A DNA stretch of 64,000 nucleotides, taken from the NCBI GenBank assembly GCA_037138815.1, contig JBAXHQ010000001.1, forward strand, positions 35,407-99,406, read 5' to 3'. This DNA is from Candidatus Saccharimonadota bacterium (GTDB lineage: Bacteria; Patescibacteriota; Saccharimonadia; Saccharimonadales; Saccharimonadaceae). Shown piece by piece: positions 47,443 through 56,022 of this stretch. The translations under genes were made by a program, and so were the position numbers. Position 1 is the first letter of the stretch. Each line of letters begins with the position of its first letter. The notes under the pieces are model-generated. The model ran no database searches, was not told the DNA's origin, and saw only the letters and a program-made list of their open reading frames with translations.

Positions 47443-50139
47443 CTAATGTTTAATTTGTAATTCGCCGTCTGATGATGTGGATTCTGGTGTAGATGTGCTG
47501 ATTTTTTTCTTGCGGGTACGGTTTCGTTTACGTTTAGGCCTTACATCTAAACTATCGGGCTGTTCAGTGGTATTTATAGGGTCAATAGGGGCTGTCTGCT
47601 GCACTACTGGGGTTGGAGCGGTATTGTTAGTGCTACCGACTGGTTGGATGCCTGTAGGCCATTTCATAGGCTTTGGCTGCTGTTGTTGTGGTGCAGTTGG
47701 ACGGTTATTGCTACTTTGTTGAGGGTTGGGACTACTCAATAGTCCGATATTTGCAGCTATCTCTCGTTCGACTTCGTCGCGACTGCGGCTATAATTACGA
47801 CGAGTGTTTTCGATTATGCGACCAGCGTTATCAGTCTGAGGTGTTGGCAAGGTTAATGTAGTGGCGTTAAAGGCCGGGGCTTTCTCGCCCTTTATCACCA
47901 TATTGATAATAAAATTACGATTATGCATCTGTAACAGATCATTCGGCTCGAATTGAGGCTCGAACTGCTTGGCGAGTATAGGGGCATCGTCAGCTGACAC
48001 GCGGAATGAGATCATAGTACCGACGTTACCGAATACCGCATCGCGCACATTTTCGCTCATCTGACTGATGTATTGATTAGCGACGGTTAGGTTAAGGCCG
48101 TATTTACGAGCCTCGGACAGAATAGTGGCGAATGAATCGGTTGCAAAGTTTTGAAACTCATCGACATACAGATAGAAAGGACGTCGATCCTCTACTCGTT
48201 CGATGTCGCTACGACTCATCGAAGCTAATTGGATTTTAGTTACTAGGAATGCGCCTAGGATTGCGGCATTGTCCTCACCTATTAGACCTTTTGATAGGTT
48301 GACGATTAATATCTTGCCTTCGTCCATTATTTTGCGGATATTAAAGGTCGATTTAGGCTGTCCGATGATATTTCGGATGATTGGGTTAGCGGTAAAGGCT
48401 CCGACTTTGTTCAGAACCGGCGAGACGGCTTCGGCAACAAACTTATCGTTCCAGCTGACGAACTCGATTCTCCAAAAGTTCAAGACAACTGTATCTTTGC
48501 AATATTCGAGCGTTTCTTTGCGAAAATTCTTGTCAGTTAGCATTCTAGCGATATCGAGCATAGTGGTTTCCGGGCGGTCCAATAATGCCAAAATCGTGTA
48601 ACGCAGGATATATTCCAAACGTGGTCCCCATGATTCACCGAACATACGTTTTAAAACACCGATAACTTCCGAACTGATGTTTGGTTTCATGTGTCGGTTT
48701 TGATCAGTAACTTCGAGTGGGTTAAACCCGATCGGGAAAGCCGTATCGGCTGGGTTAAAATAAACAACATCATTCAGACGACTACCTGGTATGAAACGCA
48801 TATTGTCGATTGCAAAATCTCCGTGCGGGTCAATTATGGCATAACCGTGACCATGGAATATATCACTAAGGGCCAACAGGGCTAATGTACCACTTTTACC
48901 TGCGCCAGTCTGACCAATAATATAAACGTGCCTAGAACGATCAGAACGAAGCATTCCGAACTGTTGATTGACTCCTCGGAAATTAGTCATACCAAATGCG
49001 CTGATATTTTCATCAATTGCTGGATTACCAGTGATTATTGGCAATTTAGATGGTGGTTCAGCAGTTTTACTACTAGCCCAGACGACGTTAGGGGTCTCGA
49101 CGTTAGTGTGCGGCAAGTGAAAAACACTAGCTAGCTCTTCGATATTTAATATAAAACCTTCGTCGCTGAAATCTCGCGCATGGTAGCGGGCTAGGTCCTC
49201 TTTTTTGAAACTAGCGTTAGATATCTTGAAACCATTTAGATTAGTGCTATTGAATTGTTTAAAAGTACCAACGATGGCCTGCATGCGTAAATGGGCGTTG
49301 GTTGTGCTATCACCCAGGTAAACTAGGCGTATTTTAACTTTGTAACCCAGTTTAGTAGCTTTTTTTTCGGCTTCGGAAACTCGGGTTCTATCACGTTCAG
49401 ATAATTCCTTCGGAGCATTACTGCCTTTATTAGCCTCTGGTGGGCGCCAAAGTGCTCCTAAAAATTCAGCTACCCAAGCAATGCCTGGGGTTGATTTGCC
49501 CTTTTTGATACCTTTGGCCCACTGTTCGGAATCTTTGTGCCAGTTATCTTCGATTGGGCGCGCTAGGATCTGTATCCAAACTTCTTCGCTGGTAAATTCT
49601 AATTTAGCCAAGGCTCCGGTAATACCAGCCAGTGGGTCGACTTCGAAATTCTGAAAAGTTTTTATCGGCAGCATTTCGTTAGCTGTCAGTGTTATTTCAG
49701 AGGAATAAGCCACGCTATGGTCGTCTTCGTGTACAGTGTAATCTTCGTCTGCTTTGCGGATCTGGACACTAGGATATTGGGAATAGATCTGTCCCTCGAC
49801 GAAACTTCTGAGTGCTCTAGGTACCCAAGCATAAAAACGGATTTGCCCATTAATCGAGGCTATCTCGAAACCGAGGTGTTCTTGAAAGCCATTGTTTATC
49901 TTTAGCTCATTCTTGTCGCGCAGAATACCATGTAAACTAGCAAAAAGCTGTTCGGCCGCTAATTCACTCTTGTCGTTGGCTTTTGGGATCTCGAGAATTA
50001 ACAAGTCGCTCTCTATATCTACGGGGTGACTCGCGGCTCGTTTATGGTTGCGCCAGGTTAGGTATACTAAAATCAACACAATTGGTATCCATACATACCA
50101 CTGTAATAATAAATCTATAATTGTTGATAGTAGGCCCAT
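47443..50139 (-). CDS. Membrane-anchored VirD4/TraG/TrwB-like (FtsK-HerA superfamily) ATPase
   Basis: N-terminal TM helix, Walker A IIGQTGAGKSG and Walker B FYLYVDEFQNF. The C-terminal ~120 aa are a P/Q/T-rich, then K/R-rich tail. 898 aa. Confidence 0.72.
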   Translation of the reverse strand: MGLLSTIIDLLLQWYVWIPIVLILVYLTWRNHKRAASHPVDIESDLLILEIPKANDKSELAAEQLFASLHGILRDKNELKINNGFQEHLGFEIASINGQIRFYAWVPRALRSFVEGQIYSQYPSVQIRKADEDYTVHEDDHSVAYSSEITLTANEMLPIKTFQNFEVDPLAGITGALAKLEFTSEEVWIQILARPIEDNWHKDSEQWAKGIKKGKSTPGIAWVAEFLGALWRPPEANKGSNAPKELSERDRTRVSEAEKKATKLGYKVKIRLVYLGDSTTNAHLRMQAIVGTFKQFNSTNLNGFKISNASFKKEDLARYHARDFSDEGFILNIEELASVFHLPHTNVETPNVVWASSKTAEPPSKLPIITGNPAIDENISAFGMTNFRGVNQQFGMLRSDRSRHVYIIGQTGAGKSGTLALLALSDIFHGHGYAIIDPHGDFAIDNMRFIPGSRLNDVVYFNPADTAFPIGFNPLEVTDQNRHMKPNISSEVIGVLKRMFGESWGPRLEYILRYTILALLDRPETTMLDIARMLTDKNFRKETLEYCKDTVVLNFWRIEFVSWNDKFVAEAVSPVLNKVGAFTANPIIRNIIGQPKSTFNIRKIMDEGKILIVNLSKGLIGEDNAAILGAFLVTKIQLASMSRSDIERVEDRRPFYLYVDEFQNFATDSFATILSEARKYGLNLTVANQYISQMSENVRDAVFGNVGTMISFRVSADDAPILAKQFEPQFEPNDLLQMHNRNFIINMVIKGEKAPAFNATTLTLPTPQTDNAGRIIENTRRNYSRSRDEVEREIAANIGLLSSPNPQQSSNNRPTAPQQQQPKPMKWPTGIQPVGSTNNTAPTPVVQQTAPIDPINTTEQPDSLDVRPKRKRNRTRKKKISTSTPESTSSDGELQIKH

Positions 50140-50183
50140 GTTACCCTTTTATTGTCTCACCAGAGATGCGCCTTGGCAATGTA

Positions 50184-51239
50184 TTAGTTTGTTTTTGAAT
50201 CAAATGCGTAGGTTGCTTTGGCGACACGTTTGAATTGAGATTTGTTTTGTAGGTTCAATAAAATAGTTGTTTCTTTGACTTGGCGACTCTTGAGGACACG
50301 TTTGACGATCTCGTCGCGATGAAGCGGAATTGGCGATTCTTTTAACACACTAGCAATAATATCCGATACTGTTCCTCGGCTAAAACCCCAACTGCTAAGA
50401 GCATAAATACCACGACCGATCAATACAAAGCGTGAATCTTTGATAAGTTCGTTATGAATTGCCTGAGTTGTGACGTTTTTACGTTTGAAACTACTGCCTT
50501 TGATTGATTTGGCAATTTCGGAAAAATGCATAGGTTTGCCGTTCTCATTAAGGATTACATAGATTTTGTCGCGAATATTTTTTGGATTGACGGTTGGCCA
50601 TTTTACTAGGCCCCAATTATCATTCAAATGAGCGAGTAGTTTTGAAACACTAGCTAGCGCGCGAACATGATTTGGGTGCTCGTATGATAACTGGTTATGT
50701 AATTCCTCGATAGTCAGTGGTTCACCATGTTTTTTAATGGTTGAGACGATTATGTCGACTTCTTGGCGAACTTTCTTTTCATCACCGTATTCACGGATGC
50801 CAACACTATTAAAATAGTTATCATTCTGTTCAATAACAGTTAACCCTGGGGCTAAATTGGCAATAAAAGATATGCGAGCTCTATCTAATTGGCTACTAGT
50901 TTCCCCTAGTAGGCGATTAGCTAAATCTTGGACACGAGCAATGCGCCCCATTTCCGATAGTTCGCGAATAATGGTTTTTTCTAGGCTATTGATTATTTCT
51001 ACTTTGCCGTTTTCGGTTGCGGCCTTGAGTTTTGTTAGAATAGCCTTTTCTAGTTGTCGCACGCGTTCGCGAGTTATACCTAATAATTCACCAATCTGTT
51101 CCAATGTTTCGCGGCGGTCGTATAAACCAAAGCGGCGTGTGATAATTTCACGTTCACGCTCTTGATCAATAATGCTTAATATGTCATTTATACCAGCCTG
51201 GAGGTTGATGGTTTGTTCGGTTTCGGTCATGTGATTCAT
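50184..51239 (-). CDS. Sigma70 region-4-like HTH plus HARE-HTH-like domain protein
   Basis: The N-terminus REREIITRRFGL...TLEQIGELLGITRERVRQLEKAILTKLK is sigma region 4-like. The C-terminal MHFSEIAKSI...IHNELIKDSRFVLIGRGIYAL resembles the RNAP delta/HARE-HTH domain. Confidence 0.55.
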   Translation of the reverse strand: MNHMTETEQTINLQAGINDILSIIDQEREREIITRRFGLYDRRETLEQIGELLGITRERVRQLEKAILTKLKAATENGKVEIINSLEKTIIRELSEMGRIARVQDLANRLLGETSSQLDRARISFIANLAPGLTVIEQNDNYFNSVGIREYGDEKKVRQEVDIIVSTIKKHGEPLTIEELHNQLSYEHPNHVRALASVSKLLAHLNDNWGLVKWPTVNPKNIRDKIYVILNENGKPMHFSEIAKSIKGSSFKRKNVTTQAIHNELIKDSRFVLIGRGIYALSSWGFSRGTVSDIIASVLKESPIPLHRDEIVKRVLKSRQVKETTILLNLQNKSQFKRVAKATYAFDSKTN

Positions 51240-51389
51240 AGCTCCAATCTTGTTCTATCCAATTTTCAAATAGTTTTTATAGATCTATGTTGAATTATAA
51301 AATATTATCTTTATAATGTCAAGCAATTTATTTACTTACCTCATTATAGCATGAAATAGACATGTTATGTAAATAATGATGTGGGACGT

Positions 51390-53765
51390 TTATGCCTTCT
51401 TGCGTTTGGTTTTGACTGTCCTAGTTTTCTTAACAGTCTTGCGAGTTTTACTTGTGCTCGGTCGTTTTTTTCCAGCTGGAGCGGATGCAACCATCTGTTT
51501 AGCTTGCTCGTGAGTGATACTGGCTGGTTCGGTGTCCTTTGGTATTTTGACATTTTTTGCCCCATCAGTAATATAGGGTCCGAAACGTCCCTTTAATATT
51601 TTGATGCCATCACCGAAATCAGCTATATTTTTCTCGATTTCGGCTTTTAGTTTGGAATTATATAGTTCCAAGGCTTCATCGAGTGTAATAGTGTGTGGAT
51701 CGAATGGTTTAATGCTGACGAATAATTTATCTATCTGGATATAAGGTCCAAAACGCCCAATATTAGCCTTGATAGTTACTCCATCAGGAGTTTGTCCTAC
51801 TGTGCGTGGTAATTTGAACGCATGCAAGGCTTGGTCTAGTGTTACGGTCTCAATTTTACATCCAGCTGGCATTGGAGCGAACTGTAATTTGTCCTCTTTG
51901 TCGTCGCCATTTCCTAGTTGCAGCATTGGCCCAAAACGTCCAAAACGCGCTAGAATTGGCTTGCCACTGGCGGGATCTATACCGATTTCGCGGGCCTTTG
52001 TGACCGTACTGCGGTCAATTCCGCCTGAATTTTCAATTAGTTTATGAAATGGAATATAAAAACCATCCAACATAGTATTGCGGGCCAAGGCGCCAGTTGC
52101 TATCTTGTCGAAGCTAGTTTCAACCTTGGCCGTAAAACCATAATCCACGATCTGTTCAAAATGGTTGGATAGGAAATCACTAACTACTTCACCAGCTGGA
52201 GTTGGTACTAATTTGCCACGATCCGAGCCAGTTTTTTCCTGAATAACTTTGCGTTTTACTAAATTACTACTTAAATTTAGGGTTATGATGTCGCGTGAAG
52301 CGCCTTCATTTTCACCTTTTTCGGCGTAACCACGAACTTGGACGGTGTTAATTATAGTGGCGTAGGTTGACGGACGTCCAATACCTAACTCCTCTAATTT
52401 TTTAACTAAACTACCTTCGCTGTATCTGGCTGGAGGTCTAGCGAATACCTGTTTAGCATCAGCCGATTTAAGGGCTAGAATATCATTGACTGCAACTGAT
52501 GGTAATATCTCGGCATCCTTTTTACTGCCACCGTAGACTTTTAGGAAACCGTCGAATAGGATAACTTCACCTTTGGCTTCAAAATATGGATTTTTTAGGT
52601 CGCCTTTTGATGTACTTTCCTTTGTAATTTTTATAGTAATAACTGTCTTTTCTAATTTAGCTGGTGACATTTGACTAGCTAGTGTTCGACGGCGGATCAG
52701 ATCATATAATTTCTGGTCATATTCATTACTACTGCCACGTTCGCGTGACATATCAGTTGGGCGGATAGCTTCGTGGGCTTCCTGGGCGTTGGCACTCTTG
52801 GTTTTGAATTTTCGCACCTGGCTGTATTGTTCGCCAAAAGCGCTCTTAATGTAATCTGTTGCCATGGCGATTGCCTGACCACTTAGATTGACCGAGTCAG
52901 TACGCATATAGGTTATCTTGCCCTCTTGGTATAGTTTTTGGGCACTAGACATCGTCGCTCTGGCACTAAAGCCTAATCGGCTGTTGGCATCCTGCTGCAG
53001 AGTGCTGGTCGTGAATGGCGCGGCTGGATTGCGAGTTGCTGGGCTGGTTGTTACGTCGGATACGATAAACGTCGAATTAATTAAACCCTCTAGGAAAGTT
53101 TGTGCCTCAGCCTCAGTATTGAATCTATTAGGTAATTCGGCTTTAATTATCTCGCCATTATATGTAAATTCAGCAACTATTTTAAAAGAAAATGATCCAT
53201 TAAAGGCCTCGATCTCGCGTTCGCGCTCTACTAGCAACCTGACTGCTGGTGATTGAACACGGCCAGCTGATTTGCCACCAGGGACTTTACGCCAAACGAC
53301 TGGTGATAATTCAAAACCAACCAATCGGTCTAGGATTTGACGAGCCTGCTGAGCCTGGACTAAATCCATATCAATAGTTCGTGGGTGTTTAATTGCTTCT
53401 TCGATGGCGTTTTTGGTAATTTCGTGAAAAACAATACGTTTGGTAGTTTTTAGATCTAGTTTTAGAACTTCGGCTAAGTGCCAGGCAATAGCCTCCCCTT
53501 CGCGGTCTTCATCGGTTGCTAGCCAGACAGTGTCAGCGGTAGCGACAGCTTTTTTTAGACCGCTGATGATTTTTCGTTTTTCGCTGTCGACTTCATAGGT
53601 TGTTTTGTAGTTATTTTTAGTATCAATAGGTGGAATATTATCTTTGGATTTTTTGATGATGTTGCGGATATGACCAACACTGGACAACACCGTAAAATCA
53701 CCACCGAGGTATTTTTCGATGGTTTTGGCTTTGGCTGGAGATTCGACGATAACTAAGTTCTTCAT
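51390..53765 (-). CDS. topA: DNA topoisomerase I
   Basis: Toprim start MKNLVIVESPAKAKTIEKYLG; the ORF track start at 53816 is upstream of this Met. It has the catalytic-Tyr region ITYMRTDS and C-terminal GRFGPY-type repeats without Cys4 zinc fingers. It ends in a Lys-rich tail. Confidence 0.95.
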   Translation of the reverse strand: MKNLVIVESPAKAKTIEKYLGGDFTVLSSVGHIRNIIKKSKDNIPPIDTKNNYKTTYEVDSEKRKIISGLKKAVATADTVWLATDEDREGEAIAWHLAEVLKLDLKTTKRIVFHEITKNAIEEAIKHPRTIDMDLVQAQQARQILDRLVGFELSPVVWRKVPGGKSAGRVQSPAVRLLVEREREIEAFNGSFSFKIVAEFTYNGEIIKAELPNRFNTEAEAQTFLEGLINSTFIVSDVTTSPATRNPAAPFTTSTLQQDANSRLGFSARATMSSAQKLYQEGKITYMRTDSVNLSGQAIAMATDYIKSAFGEQYSQVRKFKTKSANAQEAHEAIRPTDMSRERGSSNEYDQKLYDLIRRRTLASQMSPAKLEKTVITIKITKESTSKGDLKNPYFEAKGEVILFDGFLKVYGGSKKDAEILPSVAVNDILALKSADAKQVFARPPARYSEGSLVKKLEELGIGRPSTYATIINTVQVRGYAEKGENEGASRDIITLNLSSNLVKRKVIQEKTGSDRGKLVPTPAGEVVSDFLSNHFEQIVDYGFTAKVETSFDKIATGALARNTMLDGFYIPFHKLIENSGGIDRSTVTKAREIGIDPASGKPILARFGRFGPMLQLGNGDDKEDKLQFAPMPAGCKIETVTLDQALHAFKLPRTVGQTPDGVTIKANIGRFGPYIQIDKLFVSIKPFDPHTITLDEALELYNSKLKAEIEKNIADFGDGIKILKGRFGPYITDGAKNVKIPKDTEPASITHEQAKQMVASAPAGKKRPSTSKTRKTVKKTRTVKTKRKKA

Positions 53766-53842
53766 AAAAGTAATACTTGTGCTTGTTGGCTGAGTACAAT
53801 GCCTTATACTACGCAATTTGTTTTATTTTGTAAACTGATTTT

Positions 53843-54700
53843 TTACTTGATAGTCCATTGGTTGCCGCCTAGCGCACGGATTGTACCGGATATTTCTAAC
53901 ATAGTTATAGCCTGCATAAATTCGCTTGTTTCGACTTTTGATAATTTGTATAACTCATCACCATCACGGATGCCCGATTGCATTAACTCGATAATTTTTG
54001 ATTCTGTCGGATTATCACCCAGAGGTAACATAATCTGAGGTTTAAGCAGATCTGGGGCAATAATTTCCAAAACATCTTCAGCACACGTGATTGGGTGCGC
54101 ACCTTGTTTTATTAGATTATTACATCCAGCCGACAGAGGGCTGGTGATGTTGCCGGGTACAACGAAAACCTCACGACCCTGCTCGAGGGCGTGCATGACG
54201 GTTGATAATACGCCACTTCTAGTAGCTGCTTCGGTTACTATGATCGCATCAGATAGACCGCTAATTATACGATTACGTTCTATAAATCTAAAGATACGGG
54301 CTTCGGTCCCTGGTAAGTATTCGCTAACAATAGCGCCGTCATTATTTAGAATATCACTAGCTAAACCTCTATTCGTAGCGGGATAGATAGTGTCAACCCC
54401 GTTGGCTAAAACGGCCAGAGTTATACCACCAGCATCTAGTGCGCCGCGGTGAGCTATGGCATCAACACCCAGCGCTAATCCGCTAACTATAATTACTCCA
54501 TAACGCGCCAAATCGTAGGCTAATTTATATGTGACCTCTCTGCCGTAGTTAGTGGGTTTGCGTGAGCCAACTATTGCTACAGTACAGCGCCTAGTTTCAG
54601 GTAATTTGCCAATAAAATACAATTTTTTTGGACTTTTAGCAATAGTTCCTATGATCTGTAAGTAATTATTGTTAACTGGTGTTATTGCATTGATTTTCAT
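53843..54700 (-). CDS. dprA: DNA processing protein DprA
   Basis: VAIVGSRKPTNYG and SGLALGVDAIAHRGAL mark the Rossmann-like DprA core, with a C-terminal winged-helix-like tail. It lies directly upstream of topA. Confidence 0.88.
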   Translation of the reverse strand: MKINAITPVNNNYLQIIGTIAKSPKKLYFIGKLPETRRCTVAIVGSRKPTNYGREVTYKLAYDLARYGVIIVSGLALGVDAIAHRGALDAGGITLAVLANGVDTIYPATNRGLASDILNNDGAIVSEYLPGTEARIFRFIERNRIISGLSDAIIVTEAATRSGVLSTVMHALEQGREVFVVPGNITSPLSAGCNNLIKQGAHPITCAEDVLEIIAPDLLKPQIMLPLGDNPTESKIIELMQSGIRDGDELYKLSKVETSEFMQAITMLEISGTIRALGGNQWTIK

Positions 54701-54720
54701 ATAGATTATGTCAATAAGTG

Positions 54721-54749
54721 TTGACTTTAAGTCAAATACGTGCTAATAT
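54721..54749 (+). promoter_or_regulatory. Sigma70-type promoter (TTGACT-17-TAATAT) inside a palindromic -35
   Basis: The -35 is part of the palindrome TTGACTTTAAGTCAA, which also presents TTGACT on the - strand towards dprA. Confidence 0.55.
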
Positions 54750-54754
54750 CAGTC

Positions 54755-55007
54755 TCGATTGGTTACATTGCGAGATTAACCAAACGCACCTTATACCCCC
54801 TATTCTAACTTATGTTAGATTACATGCAATGTGTTTTAAGGTAGAATACCCTCCTTTCTTAAGACTATATAGCATTGCATGTATACTAACCCCTTTAACC
54901 GGCGAACATCTGCGATTCAATCGAGATCTGTTACGTTTACCCCTCGGGTGGGTTAAAGGGTAAAATACACCCACAGCGATGCCCACCCTTGCTGTGGGTG
55001 TTTTTTT
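54755..55007 (+). ncRNA. Candidate ~250-nt structured RNA, unclassified (ORF-less cassette)
   Basis: It has its own promoter and an intrinsic terminator (11-bp stem plus T7). Several 8-11-bp helices are readable by eye, and there is no SD-preceded ORF. Confidence 0.45.
54967..55007 (+). terminator. Intrinsic terminator
   Basis: ACACCCACAGC-(13 nt)-GCTGTGGGTGT followed by TTTTTT. Confidence 0.8.
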
Positions 55008-55020
55008 GCCCGCTCTATTA

Positions 55021-55078
55021 TTGACAAATTACGAATATGATGTTACTTTATATTCATTGTATATCCTATACAATGAAT
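55021..55078 (+). promoter_or_regulatory. Promoter (TTGACA-17-TACTTT) plus perfect 12-3-12 palindrome
   Basis: ATTGACAAAT is shared with the next cassette. The palindrome ATTCATTGTATA-TCC-TATACAATGAAT spans 55052-55078, within the transcribed leader. Confidence 0.5.
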
Positions 55079-55104
55079 CTTGAAATTAGAAAAGAGGTAA
55101 TACT

Positions 55105-55371
55105 ATGTGGGCTGTTGTCTCTATTGTAGCTATCCTGTACGTGGTTAGCTTTATCCTTTTTATTCGTTATTTAAGAAATAAGTCTAAAAAGAAATTCAAG
55201 GCATCAAAACTAGACCTGGCTCTTTTGGCGATATCGTTTATCGTGATTATTGGGCTATCGTATTTGGCTGGCATAATACCTACACCGCTAATTACTGGCC
55301 TAGGGGTCTTTATGACTGTGTATTGGTTTTTTATATTCATTTTCGTTTTATTAACGGTTTTGGATAACTAA
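55105..55371 (+). CDS. Small membrane protein (88 aa, about 3 TM)
   Basis: AAGAGG lies 7 nt upstream of the ATG. The protein has hydrophobic helices and a basic loop, RNKSKKKFKAS. Confidence 0.6.
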   Translation: MWAVVSIVAILYVVSFILFIRYLRNKSKKKFKASKLDLALLAISFIVIIGLSYLAGIIPTPLITGLGVFMTVYWFFIFIFVLLTVLDN

Positions 55372-55403
55372 AATTCCAATCTAGTTACCTTTTTTTCTAG
55401 GAT

Positions 55404-55465
55404 ATAAATGTCGAGTTTTACTCCATTTATTTTTTCACTAAACACCCTTTCTAGGGTGTTTTTTC
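55404..55465 (+). terminator. Two consecutive hairpins after the small ORF
   Basis: ATAAATG-(13 nt)-CATTTAT plus T5, then ACACCCT-TTCT-AGGGTGT plus T5. Confidence 0.6.
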
Positions 55466-55499
55466 TTGGTTTATGATGAGTTTAGTAAATAGCTTATCA

Positions 55500-55550
55500 T
55501 TGACAAATATTGACTAAGATGGTACAATCAGATTAGTTGCATTTATGCAA
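55500..55550 (+). promoter_or_regulatory. Promoter (TTGACA-17-TACAAT) plus palindrome TTGCAT-TT-ATGCAA
   Basis: It is paralogous to 55021-55078. The leader ...ATGCAATGAATATTTTACATAGGAAGAGGTG aligns with the previous cassette leader. Confidence 0.55.
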
Positions 55551-55581
55551 TGAATATTTTACATAGGAAGAGGTGTCTAAG

Positions 55582-55926
55582 ATGGGATTTGATATCATAA
55601 ATATCATCGTTCTATCAGCATTAGCTCTGGTATTCTTTATTTTTTATTCCTTGAAACTTTCCGAGAGAAAGTTTGGTGCCAGTTTTTTCTACTTAGGTAT
55701 GGTGGTCGTGTTATTCACTCAAGCCGCCAGGGTTGTTTTTACGAGAGTCGTAATAATAACCGCAACTACGCCTAACATAAAAAGCCTTGCGCCACTGGAT
55801 ACGATCTTTGGATGGTTAATGGCGTTAGGAGTTGTCCTGATTGTCATAGGCGGTCTAAAATCATTTCGTAGAAAGACTACCAAGCCAGCTCATATTGCGT
55901 CTATTAATAAACGCGACGTAAGCTAA
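55582..55926 (+). CDS. Small membrane protein (114 aa, about 3 TM)
   Basis: GGAAGAGG lies 8 nt upstream of ATG 55582; the ORF track opens at GTG 55573. The loop SERKFGAS resembles KKKFKAS of the neighbouring small protein. Confidence 0.6.
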   Translation: MGFDIINIIVLSALALVFFIFYSLKLSERKFGASFFYLGMVVVLFTQAARVVFTRVVIITATTPNIKSLAPLDTIFGWLMALGVVLIVIGGLKSFRRKTTKPAHIASINKRDVS

Positions 55927-55984
55927 TATCCTCCCCCTTTTAAGACATAAATATCGAGCTTTGCTCTGTTTATGACTTAAACCA

Positions 55985-56016
55985 AAGCGCTTCTTTTTTC
56001 AAGGAAGCGCTTTTTC
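55985..56016. terminator. Bidirectional hairpin terminator
   Basis: AAGCGCTTC-(10 nt)-GAAGCGCTT with T-runs on both sides, between the convergent small ORF and pth. Confidence 0.6.
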
Positions 56017-56022
56017 ATTTTT

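Noticed and set aside
54718-54963. An 81-aa GTG-initiated ORF on the track.
   Set aside because: It has no SD, it starts inside the -35 of the promoter, and its composition (Cys/His/Leu/Arg) is odd. The region is better explained by dense RNA secondary structure and by homology to the non-coding parts of the neighbouring cassettes.
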